Made by a program: the position numbers and the translations under genes. A stretch of 62,745 bases of DNA, filler included. It is 4 parts of 4 records of this genome, joined end to end, with 100 filler letters (N's around TTAATTAATTAA, not from the genome) between each part and the next. Parts side by side here need not be neighbours in the genome. Positions count along the whole stretch, not along the records: positions 1 to 23,426 come from SRR20825019_2756; 3 more parts are not named here. One strand, given 5' to 3'. Under the pieces are notes generated by a model. That model ran no database searches, had not been told where the DNA came from, and saw nothing but the letters and a program-made list of their open reading frames with translations. Below are positions 11,013-23,426 of this stretch, one piece after another (positions within the stretch are counted from its first letter, which is position 1; each line of letters opens with the position of its first letter).

Positions 11013-12494
11013 ATGCCTGAAGTAAAGAACGATCAAGACATGCTGAGCCGGCCTCAGCGCCAGGGTTCCATTGTGTTCGTCTGGTATCTTTTGTGTCTTC
11101 TTGTTCCCTTGTCTCTGGCTCAGTCTGTCTCAGCTCGCAGTCTCCCTGACTTTACCGAGTTGGTCGAAGAGAACTCGAATGCTGTGGTCAACATCAGTAC
11201 AACGACCGAGCCCAAGTCAGCGAATCGTGGCCGCTCAAACGGTCTCCCTTTTAACGATCGACAGCTTGAGCAGTTACCGGAGTTTTTCCAGGATTTCTTC
11301 CGCGGTCCCCAGTCACCGTTTGGCGGCAGCCCTGGTGGTTCAGCCCCGCGTCAGTCCATGGGGTCCGGGTTTATCGTTTCCAGTGATGGCTATGTGTTGA
11401 CCAATAACCATGTGGTGGAAGGGGCCGACGAGATCATTGTGCGCCTGAATGACCGTCGAGAATTGCCTGCCAAACTGATTGGCACTGACCCACGTTCGGA
11501 CATGGCGGTTCTGAAGATTGAGGGCGGCGACGACTTGCCTGTGGTGCGGATCGGGCGCTCCAATGACTTGAAAGTGGGTGAGTGGGTCCTGGCTATCGGC
11601 TCGCCCTTTGGTTTTGATTACACCGTAACAGCGGGCATTGTCAGCGCCCTGGGCCGTTCACTGCCATCGGAAAACTACGTTCCGTTTATCCAGACTGACG
11701 TTGCTATCAACCCGGGTAACTCCGGCGGGCCACTGTTTAACCTGGACGGCGAGGTTGTGGGTATTAACTCCCAGATCTACACCCGCTCGGGTGGATTCAT
11801 GGGGGTGTCCTTTGCAATCCCCATTGATGATGCCATGAATGTGTTCCGGCAGCTTCGGGACGATGGATCGGTTTCCCGTGGCTGGCTGGGTGTGCTGATA
11901 CAGGAGGTTAATCGAGATCTGGCGGAGTCATTTGGCCTTAAGCGTCCTCGAGGCGCCCTGGTTGCAGAAGTGATGGCGGGCTCGCCTGCCGAGAAAGCGG
12001 GATTGCAGGCGGGTGATATTGTGCTCGAGTACGAGGGCGAGGACGTGACGTTGTCTTCGGATCTGCCGCCGATGGTAGGGCGTACGCCGGTCGGTGAAAC
12101 GGCCACCATGGAAGTAATGAGGGAAGGCCGGCAGATTACACTGGACGTTGAAATCGGCAAACTGCCGGAAGAGGGTTCGGAGCAGGCCTCCGCTCCGGCG
12201 TCCAGCAACAACGGCCCATCATCGGCGCCATTGGGGATGACGGTTGAGCCTCTGCCAACTGAGCTTCAGGAGTCGCTGGGGATATCTGGGGGCGTGCTTG
12301 TGGCAGACGTTGCCCGCGGGCCAGCGCTTGATGCGGGTATCCGTCCACGGGATGTGATCACCGAGCTGAACCGCCGCAAAGTCACCTCTGTGGAGGATTT
12401 CCGCGAAGCGGTGTCCTCCTTGCCAGACGACAGCGCCGTCTCGGTGCGCGTTGTTCGCCAGGGGCGGGCCACTTATCTGGTGATGAAGCCCTGA
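11013..12494 (+). CDS. mucD: DegP/MucD-type periplasmic serine protease with two PDZ domains
   Basis: TNNHVV, DMAVLK and GNSGG catalytic triad motifs; position after rseC. Confidence 0.92.
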   Translation: MPEVKNDQDMLSRPQRQGSIVFVWYLLCLLVPLSLAQSVSARSLPDFTELVEENSNAVVNISTTTEPKSANRGRSNGLPFNDRQLEQLPEFFQDFFRGPQSPFGGSPGGSAPRQSMGSGFIVSSDGYVLTNNHVVEGADEIIVRLNDRRELPAKLIGTDPRSDMAVLKIEGGDDLPVVRIGRSNDLKVGEWVLAIGSPFGFDYTVTAGIVSALGRSLPSENYVPFIQTDVAINPGNSGGPLFNLDGEVVGINSQIYTRSGGFMGVSFAIPIDDAMNVFRQLRDDGSVSRGWLGVLIQEVNRDLAESFGLKRPRGALVAEVMAGSPAEKAGLQAGDIVLEYEGEDVTLSSDLPPMVGRTPVGETATMEVMREGRQITLDVEIGKLPEEGSEQASAPASSNNGPSSAPLGMTVEPLPTELQESLGISGGVLVADVARGPALDAGIRPRDVITELNRRKVTSVEDFREAVSSLPDDSAVSVRVVRQGRATYLVMKP

Positions 12495-12540
12495 CGGTTG
12501 ATCCGCCGGATCGGCGGACACAAAATGGTACAAAACTGAG

Positions 12541-12586
12541 AGCCCTGCTGGGGGTCGTTTAAACGACAGCCAGTGGGGCTTTTGTT
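12541..12586 (+). terminator. Probable intrinsic terminator after mucD
   Basis: Imperfect hairpin AGCCC..GTCGT-TTAA-ACGAC..GGGCT followed by TTTGTT. Confidence 0.5.
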
Positions 12587-12637
12587 ATACTTCCCAAAAT
12601 AATCAGATTACTGGCCACGGATCGGACCTGCACGAGA

Positions 12638-15364
12638 ATGATGAACAGAAAGGAACTTCCCCTCCGGAAACTGCTCCAGCTGCGCTACTCGTGGGCAGCA
12701 TGGCTAGTGCTGATTGCATCTCTCGCTGTCACCGTCCTGTTATGGCAAGTTTCCATTCGCCTGGTCGAAGACCGTACCGAAGCCCGTTTCAAAACACAGT
12801 CACTACAGCTGCGAACTGCTATTGAAGAGCGCCTGCTGAATTATGAGCAGGTATTGGCCGGCAGTGCGGGCCTGTTTGCCGTTGCCGGTGAAGTGGATAG
12901 GGACGATTGGCGTGAATACGTCGACAATGTGGATATCAACCGGTATTACCCGGGCATCCAGGGCATTGGCTACGTGAAAAGAATAGGTGTCCGCCAGATG
13001 GCGGACCACATCGCGTCGGTCAGGAAAGATGGTGTCCTCAATTACCTCGTGACGCCTCTTGGTACCGGGCCGGATTACTACCCCATGGTATATCTGGAGC
13101 CCGGAACAGAGCGGAATCGCAAGGCACTTGGTTACGACGCCTTCAGTGATCCTGTGCACCGGCATGCCATGGCGAGGGCACGGGACCATGCCGAGCCAAA
13201 AGTGACGGGTAAAGTCGTGCTGGTTCAGGAGGAAGTGGCGGAGGATCAGGCTGGCTTCCTGATGTATTACCCTGTTTACCAGGGTGGGGAAATACCTGAA
13301 AGTCGTGTTGAGCGGCAGATGATGCTCGCCGGTTATGTGTTCAGTGCCTTTCGGATGAACACCCTGCTCGATGGCATCGTCGGCCTGATCTCGCCATTCC
13401 TGGACGTGAAAATATACGACAGCGGGGAGGTGTCACGGGATACGCAGATGTATGGGTCAAACCTGGGCTCCCTGGATGAGGATTTCAGTTTTGAAATGAG
13501 TCAGACCATTACCCATGGTGGGCGCGACTGGTTGCTGCAAACCCGTTCCACACCGGCGTTTGACTACCTGGCGTCTGATCCGCGGCCGCCCATCGTTCTC
13601 GGTTCCGGTATTGTTATCAGTCTGCTGATGTTCCTGTTCGTGTTGACCATGATTCGTGGCCGGATCATGGCGCAGATTGGCGCGGGGCGCTACCGGGCTA
13701 TTACCGAAGGTGCCGCGAACGTGACTCTTGTGCTGGATCGCGATGGCACACCGCGTTACGCCAGTCCGTCCAGTCACGACATTTTGGGCTTCGATCCCGA
13801 CAAGGTTTATGGTCTGGAGTTGGCCTCCCTGGTGCATGCCGAGGATTGGCCGCAGTTAAAGTCCGGGTTTGATGAAGCGGTCAAATCACCTGGGAAGCAG
13901 ATGCCGGTGATCCGTGGTCGTATACGCGATGCGCAAGGCCAGTGGCGGGATATGGAAGGCACGTTCACAGCCATGTTGACGGTGCCCGGCGTGAATGGGG
14001 TGGTGTTGAGCCTCCGTGACCTGACCCAGCTGAAAGCGGCGCAGACGGAACTGCATCGCCTGGCGTTCTACGATCCGCTGACCGGGCTTGCCAATCGGCA
14101 GTTGTTCCGTGACAGGCTTAACCATGTGGTGCGCAGAAGTCGTCGCACGGAAGAGCCGGCCGCCCTGATGTTCCTGGATCTTGACGGCTTCAAACGTATC
14201 AACGATACCCTCGGCCACGATAGTGGCGACGAACTGCTGAAGCAGGTTTCCCAGTGGTTATCCGGCTGCGTGCGGGAGGAAGATTCGGTGGCCCGGCTGG
14301 GTGGCGACGAGTTCGTGGTGCTGTTGTCACGAATCAGCGGTCCCGATGACGCTGGCAAGGTTGCCGAAGCCATACTGCGGAGGCTGTGCCAGCGAATTCG
14401 TCTCAACGATCACGAAGTGGGCGTTACCGTCAGTATCGGTATTACCATGATCCCCCATGATAGTGAGGACCCTGGCACGCTGATGAAATACGCCGACCTG
14501 GCCATGTACCGGGCCAAGGAGTTAGGGCGCAACACCTACCAGTTCTTTACCCCGGCCATGAACATCAAGGCAGCCAGGCGGCTGCTTCAGCAGGAAGAAC
14601 TGGCGACGGCACTGGAAGGCGATCGGTTTGTGCTGCATTACCAGCCCAAGGTGGATCTCGAGAGTGAGCGGGTGATTGGCGTCGAGGCTTTCCTGCGCTG
14701 GCACCACCCCGAGAAGGGGCTGGTCAGTGCCCAGCAATTCATTACCCTGGCCGAGGAAACGGGCCTGATCATACGCCTTGGCGAGCTGGCGCTGAGGCAG
14801 GCCTGTATCCAGGTTCAGGCCCTCGAACGGGCTGGGTTTGAATCGTTGAAAATGGCGGTCAACCTGTCCGTTCGCCAACTGACGGATTCCGGGTTTCTGG
14901 ATATGATGCGCCAGGTCATTACCGAAACGGGGGTGTCGCCAGAGCGGCTTGAACTTGAAATGCCAGCGGAGCTTCTGAATGAAGACCCGCGTATGCTGAG
15001 AGAGCTCCTTGTGTCCCTGCACGACATGGGTGTCTGCCTGATCCTGGATGATTTTGGCACCGGTTCCTGTTCTCTGGTGGCGCTCCAGCAGTTGCCATTG
15101 GACGTTATCAAGATTGACCATCGTTTTATTCGCGACATCCCGTACAACGTCAGTGCAACCGATGTTGCCTCGGCGGTGATCGCACTGGCCAGAAAGTTAC
15201 ACTTGACCGTTGTTGCCGAGGGTGTGGAAACGCCTCAGCAGTTGAGCTTCCTCAAAAGCGCCGGTTGCGCCCAGTGTCAGGGCAACCTGTTCAGTTATCC
15301 GCTGGACGAGGATGCGCTTATCGGCTTCCTTATTCGGCAATATGAACGGCCGCTGATCTCCTGA
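12638..15364 (+). CDS. Membrane CHASE-PAS-GGDEF-EAL diguanylate cyclase/phosphodiesterase
   Basis: TM-CHASE (YPGIQGIG, RNRKALGYD)-TM, PAS, RLGGDEF, EAF(L)R, DDFGTG and AEGVE. Confidence 0.92.
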   Translation: MMNRKELPLRKLLQLRYSWAAWLVLIASLAVTVLLWQVSIRLVEDRTEARFKTQSLQLRTAIEERLLNYEQVLAGSAGLFAVAGEVDRDDWREYVDNVDINRYYPGIQGIGYVKRIGVRQMADHIASVRKDGVLNYLVTPLGTGPDYYPMVYLEPGTERNRKALGYDAFSDPVHRHAMARARDHAEPKVTGKVVLVQEEVAEDQAGFLMYYPVYQGGEIPESRVERQMMLAGYVFSAFRMNTLLDGIVGLISPFLDVKIYDSGEVSRDTQMYGSNLGSLDEDFSFEMSQTITHGGRDWLLQTRSTPAFDYLASDPRPPIVLGSGIVISLLMFLFVLTMIRGRIMAQIGAGRYRAITEGAANVTLVLDRDGTPRYASPSSHDILGFDPDKVYGLELASLVHAEDWPQLKSGFDEAVKSPGKQMPVIRGRIRDAQGQWRDMEGTFTAMLTVPGVNGVVLSLRDLTQLKAAQTELHRLAFYDPLTGLANRQLFRDRLNHVVRRSRRTEEPAALMFLDLDGFKRINDTLGHDSGDELLKQVSQWLSGCVREEDSVARLGGDEFVVLLSRISGPDDAGKVAEAILRRLCQRIRLNDHEVGVTVSIGITMIPHDSEDPGTLMKYADLAMYRAKELGRNTYQFFTPAMNIKAARRLLQQEELATALEGDRFVLHYQPKVDLESERVIGVEAFLRWHHPEKGLVSAQQFITLAEETGLIIRLGELALRQACIQVQALERAGFESLKMAVNLSVRQLTDSGFLDMMRQVITETGVSPERLELEMPAELLNEDPRMLRELLVSLHDMGVCLILDDFGTGSCSLVALQQLPLDVIKIDHRFIRDIPYNVSATDVASAVIALARKLHLTVVAEGVETPQQLSFLKSAGCAQCQGNLFSYPLDEDALIGFLIRQYERPLIS

Positions 15365-15468
15365 TCATGGCAATAGCGGCCGGTAACCGGTAAAATCACG
15401 CCGTCGCCGGACTCCGGCAACGGCCCTTCCGGGCTCAATCCTTCGTCTTTTGCGAGTATTCATTGTCT

Positions 15469-17271
15469 GTGACTGAACTGAGCCGAATCCGAAATTTTTC
15501 GATCATCGCCCATATTGACCATGGTAAATCCACTCTGGCAGACCGCTTTATCCAGATCTGCGGTGGCCTGACAGAACGCGAGATGGCTGAGCAGGTCCTT
15601 GATTCCATGGATCTTGAGCGTGAGCGTGGTATTACCATCAAGGCCCAGAGTGTGACTCTGAACTACAAGGCTCGGGACGGCATTGAATACAAACTGAATT
15701 TCATCGATACACCCGGCCACGTCGACTTCTCCTACGAGGTATCGCGTTCACTGTACGCCTGTGAAGGTGCGTTGCTGGTGGTGGATGCCGGCCAGGGCGT
15801 TGAGGCCCAGTCTGTCGCCAACTGTTACACCGCGATTGAACAGGGGCTGGAAGTGGTTCCGGTGCTCAACAAGATGGACCTGCCGCAGGCTGAGCCGGAC
15901 CGCGTAGCCCAGGAAATTGAGGACATCATTGGTATAGAGGCAACCGACGCCGTGCGCTGCAGCGCCAAGAGTGGTTTGGGCGTCGAGGATGTTCTGGAAG
16001 ATCTGATCAGGAAAATCCCGCCACCCAAGGGTGATCGAAAAGCACCCTTGCAGGCACTGATTATCGACTCCTGGTTTGACAACTATCTGGGGGTTGTGTC
16101 GTTGGTCAGGGTGACTGAAGGCACCCTCAAGAAGGGCGACAAGATCGTCATGAAGTCGACAGGCAAGGCCTGGAATGCGGACAAGGTCGGTATTTTCAAT
16201 CCCAAACCCAAAGACACGGATATTCTGGAATCCGGGGATGTCGGCTTTGTGGTGGCCGGCATCAAGGACATTCATGGGGCGCCGGTGGGTGACACCATCG
16301 TTCAGCAGAAAGGCTCGGACGACATCCCGATGCTGCCCGGCTTCAAGAAGGTCAAGCCTCAGGTCTATGCGGGCCTGTTTCCAGTCAGTTCCGATGACTA
16401 CAATGATTTCCGGGATGCTCTTGAAAAGCTGACCCTGAACGACGCCTCGCTGTTCTTCGAACCGGAGAGCTCGGATGCCCTCGGATTCGGTTTCCGTTGC
16501 GGCTTCCTGGGCATGCTCCACATGGAGATCGTCCAGGAGCGGCTGGAGCGGGAATACGACATTGACCTGATTACCACGGCCCCGACGGTTATCTATGAAG
16601 TCGTTACCAAGCAGGGTGAGACGCTGTCGGTAGACAATCCGTCCAGTCTTCCGGATATTGGGTCCATCGAGGAGATGCGCGAGCCAATCGTGGAGGCCAG
16701 CATTCTGGTGCCCCAGGAACACCTGGGCAACGTGATCGCCCTCTGTGAGGAAAAGCGCGGCATCCAGAAGAACATGCACTTTATGTCCACCCAGGTTCAG
16801 GTGACTTACGAGTTGCCGATGGCCGAGGTGGTGCTGGACTTTTTCGACCGGATCAAGTCCGCCAGCCGCGGGTTCGCGTCACTGGACTATCAGTTTGTGC
16901 GGTTCCAGGCGGCCAACCTGGTACGTCTGGACGTGCTGATCAACGGCGAGCGCGTGGACGCACTGGCGCTGATTGTCCATAAGGACCAGTCCCACTACCG
17001 GGGTCGCGCCCTGATCGACAAGATGAAAGAGCTGATCCCACGCCAGATGTTCGACATCGCCATTCAGGCGGCTATCGGGAATCAGGTGGTATCGCGAGTG
17101 ACCGTCAAGGCGCTTCGCAAGAACGTCACCGCCAAGTGTTACGGTGGCGACGTCAGCCGGAAGAAGAAACTGCTGCAGAAGCAGAAAGAAGGTAAGAAGC
17201 GCATGAAGCAACTGGGCAATGTTGAGGTGCCTCAGGAAGCATTCCTTGCCGTATTGAAAGTGGATAACTAA
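15469..17271 (+). CDS. lepA: Elongation factor 4
   Basis: [22 protein letters not shown] and KCYGGD. Probable GTG start at 15469. Confidence 0.97.
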   Translation: MTELSRIRNFSIIAHIDHGKSTLADRFIQICGGLTEREMAEQVLDSMDLERERGITIKAQSVTLNYKARDGIEYKLNFIDTPGHVDFSYEVSRSLYACEGALLVVDAGQGVEAQSVANCYTAIEQGLEVVPVLNKMDLPQAEPDRVAQEIEDIIGIEATDAVRCSAKSGLGVEDVLEDLIRKIPPPKGDRKAPLQALIIDSWFDNYLGVVSLVRVTEGTLKKGDKIVMKSTGKAWNADKVGIFNPKPKDTDILESGDVGFVVAGIKDIHGAPVGDTIVQQKGSDDIPMLPGFKKVKPQVYAGLFPVSSDDYNDFRDALEKLTLNDASLFFEPESSDALGFGFRCGFLGMLHMEIVQERLEREYDIDLITTAPTVIYEVVTKQGETLSVDNPSSLPDIGSIEEMREPIVEASILVPQEHLGNVIALCEEKRGIQKNMHFMSTQVQVTYELPMAEVVLDFFDRIKSASRGFASLDYQFVRFQAANLVRLDVLINGERVDALALIVHKDQSHYRGRALIDKMKELIPRQMFDIAIQAAIGNQVVSRVTVKALRKNVTAKCYGGDVSRKKKLLQKQKEGKKRMKQLGNVEVPQEAFLAVLKVDN

Positions 17272-17282
17272 AAGGCACCTGA

Positions 17283-18068
17283 ATGGATATTGATTTCCCC
17301 CTGGTTCTGGTTGTTCTGACGTTTGCAACGGGGCTGATCTGGCTGTTGGATGTTGTATTTCTGCGTAAGCGCAGGCTCGCGGTTGCAGAAGGCGCCAGCG
17401 GGGAGGTTGAGGCTGAGGAAGAACCTAAGGAGCCCTACCTCGTTGATCTTAGCCGTTCGTTCTTCCCGGTGCTGGCGGTGGTGCTGGTTCTGCGCTCGTT
17501 TCTGGTGGAGCCTTTCCAGATTCCGTCCGGCTCCATGTTGCCTACCCTTGAAGTCGGAGACTTCATCCTCGTTAACAAATACGCCTACGGGCTTCGCCTG
17601 CCGGTTGCGGGCAACAAAATCCTGGCAGTGGATGATCCCCAGCGCGGTGACATCATGGTGTTCCGCTATCCGGATGACGGCAGCACCAATTACATCAAGC
17701 GGGTGGTCGGGCTTCCGGGAGACCGTATCCGATACCAGGATCGGGAGCTGTTTATCAATGGCGATAAAGTGGAGACACGCTTTGTTGCCCGGCTGCCACC
17801 AGTGGAGCTGAGACGTGAATACCTGGGCGACGTTGAGCACGACATCTTCCTGACCCTGGGGCGCACGGGGCGCTCTGGTGAAGGCGAGTGGGTGGTGCCC
17901 GAAGGCGAGTATTTCGTGATGGGTGATAATCGGGACAACAGTAATGACAGTCGCTATTGGGGCTTTGTTCCGGATGAAATGGTCGTTGGCAAGGCGTTCG
18001 CGATCTGGATGCACTGGCAATCGCTCACCAGTCTGCCATCCTTTGACCGAGTGGGCGGTTTGGAATAA
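17283..18068 (+). CDS. lepB: Signal peptidase I
   Basis: IPSGSMLPTL, YIKRVVG and GDNRDNSNDSR. Confidence 0.97.
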   Translation: MDIDFPLVLVVLTFATGLIWLLDVVFLRKRRLAVAEGASGEVEAEEEPKEPYLVDLSRSFFPVLAVVLVLRSFLVEPFQIPSGSMLPTLEVGDFILVNKYAYGLRLPVAGNKILAVDDPQRGDIMVFRYPDDGSTNYIKRVVGLPGDRIRYQDRELFINGDKVETRFVARLPPVELRREYLGDVEHDIFLTLGRTGRSGEGEWVVPEGEYFVMGDNRDNSNDSRYWGFVPDEMVVGKAFAIWMHWQSLTSLPSFDRVGGLE

Positions 18069-18097
18069 GTACGTTGTTATTCAGGGGTGTATCTAAC

Positions 18098-18487
18098 ATG
18101 AAGAAGAACAGTCTTTCCTCCATGCATCGGCAGTCGGGTGCATCGGCGCTCGTTATCATGATTATGGTGCTCTTTTTCGGCGGCTTGCTGACACTGGCCA
18201 TCAAGCTGGGGCCAGCGTATCTTGATGACATTACCATTCAGGAAGCGCTTGAGAGCCTGGAAGGAACAGAGGACCTTTCCACCATGGGGCCTGCTCAGGT
18301 GAGAAGTCTGATAAACAAGCGACTTAGCGTGAACAATGTTCGCGGTTTTGATGAAAAGAACATCACCGTTGAGAAGGACGGGGATCTGGTCATCATCAAT
18401 GTGGATTACGAAGTCCGTAATAACCTGTTCCGTAATGTGGATACCGTTATCCATTTTCAACATGAGTATGAGATGAAGGGCAAGTGA
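18098..18487 (+). CDS. DUF4845-like membrane-anchored protein
   Basis: Pilin-like RQSG N-terminus plus one TM segment; conserved position between lepB and rnc. Confidence 0.75.
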   Translation: MKKNSLSSMHRQSGASALVIMIMVLFFGGLLTLAIKLGPAYLDDITIQEALESLEGTEDLSTMGPAQVRSLINKRLSVNNVRGFDEKNITVEKDGDLVIINVDYEVRNNLFRNVDTVIHFQHEYEMKGK

Positions 18488-19173
18488 GTTCGCAACCGGA
18501 TCTCGAGCAGTTACAGCGACGTATCGGCTACCAGTTCAAGACGCCTGAGCGGCTGTTGCTGGCGCTGACCCATAGGAGTTTTGGCAACCAGAACAATGAG
18601 CGCCTGGAGTTCCTGGGTGATTCCATCGTTAACATGGTCATTGCTGAATACCTGTACCTGCATTTTGAAAAAGCCCGGGAAGGTCAGTTGAGCCGTCTGA
18701 GAGCCCGTATGGTCAAGGGTGTAACCCTCGCGGAAATTGGCCGTGAATTCGAATTGGGCAAGTACCTCAGGCTGGGTTCCGGTGAAATGAAGAGCGGTGG
18801 TTTCCGTCGTGAATCCATTCTTGCCGACGCTGTTGAATCCATCATCGGTGCCATATACCTGGACAGTGATTTTCACACCTGTCGGGAACAGGTTTTGCGC
18901 TGGTTTGAGGTACGCCTTCAAAAGCTGGATCTGCAGGATACCCAGAAAGACCCCAAAACCCGGCTCCAGGAGTACCTGCAGTCACGGCAGTTTCCGCTGC
19001 CTCGCTATGACGTCATTTCCGTGGATGGTGAAGCCCACGCCCAGACGTTCCATGTTTCCTGTGCCCTGCCATCACTTGACCGAAAAACGACCGGCACGGG
19101 CAATAGCCGTCGAATCGCCGAGCAGCAGGCCGCCCGCAATGCCCTTAAGCAACTGGGTGTGGAGAATGACTGA
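18484..19173 (+). CDS. rnc: Ribonuclease III
   Basis: [10 protein letters not shown] and a C-terminal dsRBD (DPKTRLQE). Confidence 0.97.
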   Translation: MSSQPDLEQLQRRIGYQFKTPERLLLALTHRSFGNQNNERLEFLGDSIVNMVIAEYLYLHFEKAREGQLSRLRARMVKGVTLAEIGREFELGKYLRLGSGEMKSGGFRRESILADAVESIIGAIYLDSDFHTCREQVLRWFEVRLQKLDLQDTQKDPKTRLQEYLQSRQFPLPRYDVISVDGEAHAQTFHVSCALPSLDRKTTGTGNSRRIAEQQAARNALKQLGVEND

Positions 19174-20090
19174 TGAATGATGTGACTCGTCCGGAAAACC
19201 CGGACAGCCGTTGTGGTTTTGTGGCGATCGTCGGTCGGCCCAATGTGGGCAAGTCCACATTGCTGAACCACATTCTGGGCCAGAAGCTCAGTATTACGTC
19301 CCGTAAACCCCAGACAACCCGTCATCAGGTACTGGGCATCAAGACCGAAGGCCCGGTTCAGGCAATTTACGTGGATACGCCGGGGATGCACGAAGAAGAA
19401 CCTCGCGCTATTAACCGGTATATGAACAAGGCGGCGACATCGGCCCTCAAGGATGTCGATGTCGCTGTGTTTGTTGTCGACCAGATGGCGTGGACGACGG
19501 CGGACGAAATGGTTCTGGAGAAGCTCAGTAGCCTGAAATGCCCGGTGATTTTGGCAGTGAACAAGGTCGACCGCATTGAAAATCGGGAGGCCCTGTTGCC
19601 GCACCTCGATATGCTATCCCGGAAGCGCGAGTTTGCCGAAATCATTCCGTTATCAGCTCTCAAGGGGATGAACCTGGAGCCGCTGGAGGCTGCGGTCAGT
19701 CGGTTCCTGCCGGAAAGTGTGCATTTTTACCCGGATGACCAGATCACGGATCGCAGCGAACGGTTTATGGCTTCCGAAATGGTGCGGGAGAAAATTACCC
19801 GGCAATTGGGAGCAGAACTGCCTTACTCCGTGGCGGTCGAGATCGAAGAATTTCGCAAGGACGGTAAGACTCTTCACATTTCTGCGCTGATACTGGTAGA
19901 GCGTGAGGGCCAGAAGAAGATCATTATTGGCGACAAGGGCGAACGCCTGCGGCGCATCGGTCAGGAAGCCAGAACGGATATGGAGCGCCTGTTCGACAGT
20001 AAAGTCATGCTGAGGCTCTGGGTCAAGGTCAAGCGAGGTTGGGCGGACAGCGACCGGGCATTGAAAAGCCTGGGTATGAACGACTTCTGA
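19173..20090 (+). CDS. era: GTPase Era
   Basis: [16 protein letters not shown] and a KH domain. Confidence 0.97.
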   Translation: MNDVTRPENPDSRCGFVAIVGRPNVGKSTLLNHILGQKLSITSRKPQTTRHQVLGIKTEGPVQAIYVDTPGMHEEEPRAINRYMNKAATSALKDVDVAVFVVDQMAWTTADEMVLEKLSSLKCPVILAVNKVDRIENREALLPHLDMLSRKREFAEIIPLSALKGMNLEPLEAAVSRFLPESVHFYPDDQITDRSERFMASEMVREKITRQLGAELPYSVAVEIEEFRKDGKTLHISALILVEREGQKKIIIGDKGERLRRIGQEARTDMERLFDSKVMLRLWVKVKRGWADSDRALKSLGMNDF

Positions 20091-20097
20091 GGCAGCT

Positions 20098-20826
20098 ATG
20101 ACGGGGCCAATGCAACAGGAGCCCGCGTATGTCCTCCACCGCCGGCCCTGGCGCGAAACCAGTCTGATGGTGGATGTGTTTTCCCTCAACGCGGGCCGGG
20201 TAACCGTGATTGCCCGTGGTGGCAACAGCGCAAAGAGCCCGCTCAAGGCACAGTTGCAACCGTTCCAGCCTCTGTTGCTGGACTGGACCGGACGCAGCGA
20301 CCTGAAGACGCTGACTCAGGCGGACGTTCGCAGCGGCCCCACCCTGAAGCGCACTCTCTCCCTGTACAGCGGTCTTTACGTGAATGAGTTATTGCAGCGT
20401 CTGCTGCCGATGGCCGACCCTCACCACCAACTCTTTGCTGCCTACATTGATGTGATTGCTGAGTTGTCGGAAGCCAGTGACGTGGAGCCGGTTCTTCGAC
20501 GTTTCGAGCAATCCCTGGCTGCGGAACTCGGGTATGACTTCGTCTGGGATCAGGCGATGGATAGTGGGCAGCCGGTCGAGGCCGGTGGGCTTTATTGCTA
20601 TGATCCGGAGCAGGGGATTCTGGCCGAGCCCTCGTCGGGCTCCAGGCTCCGGAACCTGCCCGGGGATACACTGTTGGCGCTGGCTGATGGCGACCTCGAA
20701 TCTGCGGAGTGCCGGCGCATCGCCAAGCGGGTAACAAGGGTACTTGTGGACTACCTGTTGCAGGGCAAGGTGCTCCATAGCAGAAGCCTGTTCAGTCATC
20801 ATCGAGGAGACCGTAATGACCTCTAG
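20098..20826 (+). CDS. recO: DNA repair protein RecO
   Basis: [20 protein letters not shown] and LYVNELL; follows era. Confidence 0.95.
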   Translation: MTGPMQQEPAYVLHRRPWRETSLMVDVFSLNAGRVTVIARGGNSAKSPLKAQLQPFQPLLLDWTGRSDLKTLTQADVRSGPTLKRTLSLYSGLYVNELLQRLLPMADPHHQLFAAYIDVIAELSEASDVEPVLRRFEQSLAAELGYDFVWDQAMDSGQPVEAGGLYCYDPEQGILAEPSSGSRLRNLPGDTLLALADGDLESAECRRIAKRVTRVLVDYLLQGKVLHSRSLFSHHRGDRNDL

Positions 20827-21565
20827 CTCAATGAAGCCCAGAGTTTTGCTGGGTGTGAATATTGACCATGTTGCTACCTTGCGTCAGGCCAGGGGAACCC
20901 GATATCCGGATCCGGTACAGGCTGCGATTCTGGCGGAAGAGGCGGGTGCCGATGGTATCACCATCCATCCCCGCGAAGATCGCAGGCACATCCAGGACCG
21001 TGATGTGCTCCTGCTGAAGGAAATCCTCACCACCAAGATGAACCTGGAAATGGCGGTCACTGATGCGATGCTGGCATTCGCCGAGCAGGTGCGGCCGGAA
21101 TGTGTGTGTCTGGTGCCCGAAAAGCGTGAAGAGCTGACAACTGAAGGCGGCCTGGATGTGGACGGCCAGGAGGCGCGGGTGGCTAAAGCCTGTGACAGGT
21201 TGGCAAAGGTTGGTGCCGAGGTCTCCCTGTTTATCGATCCGGATGTAACGCAGATTGATGCGGCAGTCCGTTGCGGTGCGCCGGTGGTGGAACTGCACAC
21301 GGGGGAATACGCGGAAGCGACAGACCCTCAGATTGTTGAGGCGGCTTTTAACACCTTGCAGGACGCAGTGACTTACGCTCGCAAGAAAGGGTTGGTGGTC
21401 AACGCCGGCCACGGTCTGCACTACCACAACACTGAACGCGTTGCCGCCATCGCGGGTATCAACGAACTCAACATTGGCCATGCCATCATTGCCAGGGCGG
21501 TGTTTGCCGGGCTCAAAGAGGCGGTAAAGGATATGAAAGCAATCCTCGAAAGCGCCCGAACCTAA
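20816..21565 (+). CDS. pdxJ: Pyridoxine 5'-phosphate synthase
   Basis: [29 protein letters not shown] and ELNIGH. Confidence 0.96.
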   Translation: MTSSSMKPRVLLGVNIDHVATLRQARGTRYPDPVQAAILAEEAGADGITIHPREDRRHIQDRDVLLLKEILTTKMNLEMAVTDAMLAFAEQVRPECVCLVPEKREELTTEGGLDVDGQEARVAKACDRLAKVGAEVSLFIDPDVTQIDAAVRCGAPVVELHTGEYAEATDPQIVEAAFNTLQDAVTYARKKGLVVNAGHGLHYHNTERVAAIAGINELNIGHAIIARAVFAGLKEAVKDMKAILESART

Positions 21566-21580
21566 GGCGCTGATCGTTCC

Positions 21581-23425
21581 TCAGTCCACGGTTGCCTGCC
21601 GAGGGTTTTGCTGCCGGAACAACTGCTGCCAGTCAGTTTGTTCGCTCCAGGTCTGCAAGCGCTCCATGGCTGCAAGTAATTGATTCTTCTGGTACTCCAT
21701 ATCCGGCGCCGCGCACTTCAAGGCGGTTTCCAGTTGGTTTGCAGCAGCGCGTAACTCCGGCACGCCACAGTAACGCGTGGCGCCATGCAGTTTGTGGACG
21801 CACTCCAGTAGCTCGTCCATGTCGCCTTTGCTCCAGAGTGCCGGCACCTGGTTAATGTCGGTATGGATCTGTTCGATCAGCATGCTGAACAGTTCCTCGG
21901 CCAGATCTGCTTTTCCGGCGGCCAACTGTACGCTTTCGGCCACGCTGACACAGTCAGGCTGTTTCTTTCTGGTTGACGGGCGAACCGAGCGGCGTGTATC
22001 GCGCACCTCGGGTACCGGCAGGTGTCCATCATCCGGGTCGGGGTGGCAGGTATAGCCAGTGTAGTCATGAATAATGTCGATCAGTTGGCTGTTGCTAATG
22101 GGTTTGGCCAGGTAGCCATCGAATCCCTGCTGGATCAGGCGGTCCTGCTCCTCTGCAAGGGCATGGGCCGTGAGCGCAATGATCGGAGTACGATGGCTGG
22201 CGCCATCAAGGCTTCTCAATCTCTCAGTGGTTTCCACCCCGTCCATTCCGGGCATCTGAAGATCCATGAAAACCAGGTCGAACGAGTGTTGGCGCGCCTT
22301 GCTCAGCGCTTCAAAGCCGCTGGTTGCTCCCTCAGCTACAACGCCGCAGTCGTTGAGCAGGGTCATTACCAGCTTCAGGTTGGCATCGTTGTCGTCCACC
22401 GCCAGCACTCTGGGTACGCGTGTTGATTGGGTTGGCAACTCACGGCTAATGGCATGGGAATGATCCGGCAACTGGCGTTGCCGGTTGCTGATACCGTGCA
22501 CCAGCAGCAACAGTTCGTCGTACAGGGAGTCGCGGCATACTGGCTTGGTCAGGTGGCCACTGGCCAGCCCCGATAGCGGTGTATCGTGAGTTTCAAGGGT
22601 AGGGGTCAACAGCAGTGTGCGGCAATCCCGCTCCAGCTCCAGGGACCGTACTAACGAGCAGTATTGGCTTGAATTCAGCAGGTGACGGGTGATGCCGACA
22701 ACCGCAACGGCGTAACCGGACTGCTCTTTTTGAGCTTCCTCTATCTGCTCCTGCATGGCACCCGGTGATGAAACCCGGTCGACCGTCATGCCCCATTCCC
22801 GGAGCATATGTTCTACCGCCAGGCCGGTGGTTTTCTGTTGGTCAAGGTAGATGGCCCTTTCGCCGCGCAAAGAGTCTTTGGGCGCGATGGCTTCGCCGTT
22901 AGAAGACAGTTCCGAGGTCAGGGTAAACCAGAACGTGGAGCCCTTGCCCAGCTCACTCTCAAGCCCGATCTTGCCGCCCATTTCCTCAACCAGGCGCTTG
23001 GAGATCGCAAGCCCCAGCCCGGTGCCACCGTATTGCCGGGCAGTAGAAGCGTCGGCCTGGCTGAAGGCGTTGAACAGGGACTGCTGCTGAGCTCGCGAGA
23101 GCCCGACACCGGAATCGGTAATGCTGAGTCTCAGGGTGATCCGGTTACTCTCTTTATCTTCTTCTTCAAGGCTGGCGCGCAGGACCACTTCACCGGTCTG
23201 GGTGAACTTGATGGCATTGTTGACCAGGTTGGTGATCACCTGCTTTACCCGTAGGGGATCGCCCATGATGTTGTCGGGTACATCATTGTAGACCAGTGGT
23301 ACCAGGTCCAGGTTCTTGCTGTGAGCCGCCGGAGCCAGCATGACCATGACCTCTTCTACGATGTCCCGGAGCTGGAAGGGAATGCGGTCGAGGATGAGTT
23401 TGCCGGCCTCGATCTTGGAGAAATC
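21581..23425 (-). CDS. gacS: Hybrid sensor kinase GacS/BarA (5'-truncated at contig end)
   Basis: The frame is open to the contig edge (DFSKIEAGK...). It contains HATPase ([17 protein letters not shown]), a receiver (FMDLQMP) and a C-terminal Hpt ([11 protein letters not shown]). Confidence 0.85.
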   Translation of the reverse strand, partial: DFSKIEAGKLILDRIPFQLRDIVEEVMVMLAPAAHSKNLDLVPLVYNDVPDNIMGDPLRVKQVITNLVNNAIKFTQTGEVVLRASLEEEDKESNRITLRLSITDSGVGLSRAQQQSLFNAFSQADASTARQYGGTGLGLAISKRLVEEMGGKIGLESELGKGSTFWFTLTSELSSNGEAIAPKDSLRGERAIYLDQQKTTGLAVEHMLREWGMTVDRVSSPGAMQEQIEEAQKEQSGYAVAVVGITRHLLNSSQYCSLVRSLELERDCRTLLLTPTLETHDTPLSGLASGHLTKPVCRDSLYDELLLLVHGISNRQRQLPDHSHAISRELPTQSTRVPRVLAVDDNDANLKLVMTLLNDCGVVAEGATSGFEALSKARQHSFDLVFMDLQMPGMDGVETTERLRSLDGASHRTPIIALTAHALAEEQDRLIQQGFDGYLAKPISNSQLIDIIHDYTGYTCHPDPDDGHLPVPEVRDTRRSVRPSTRKKQPDCVSVAESVQLAAGKADLAEELFSMLIEQIHTDINQVPALWSKGDMDELLECVHKLHGATRYCGVPELRAAANQLETALKCAAPDMEYQKNQLLAAMERLQTWSEQTDWQQLFRQQNPRQATVD

Positions 23426-23426
23426 C

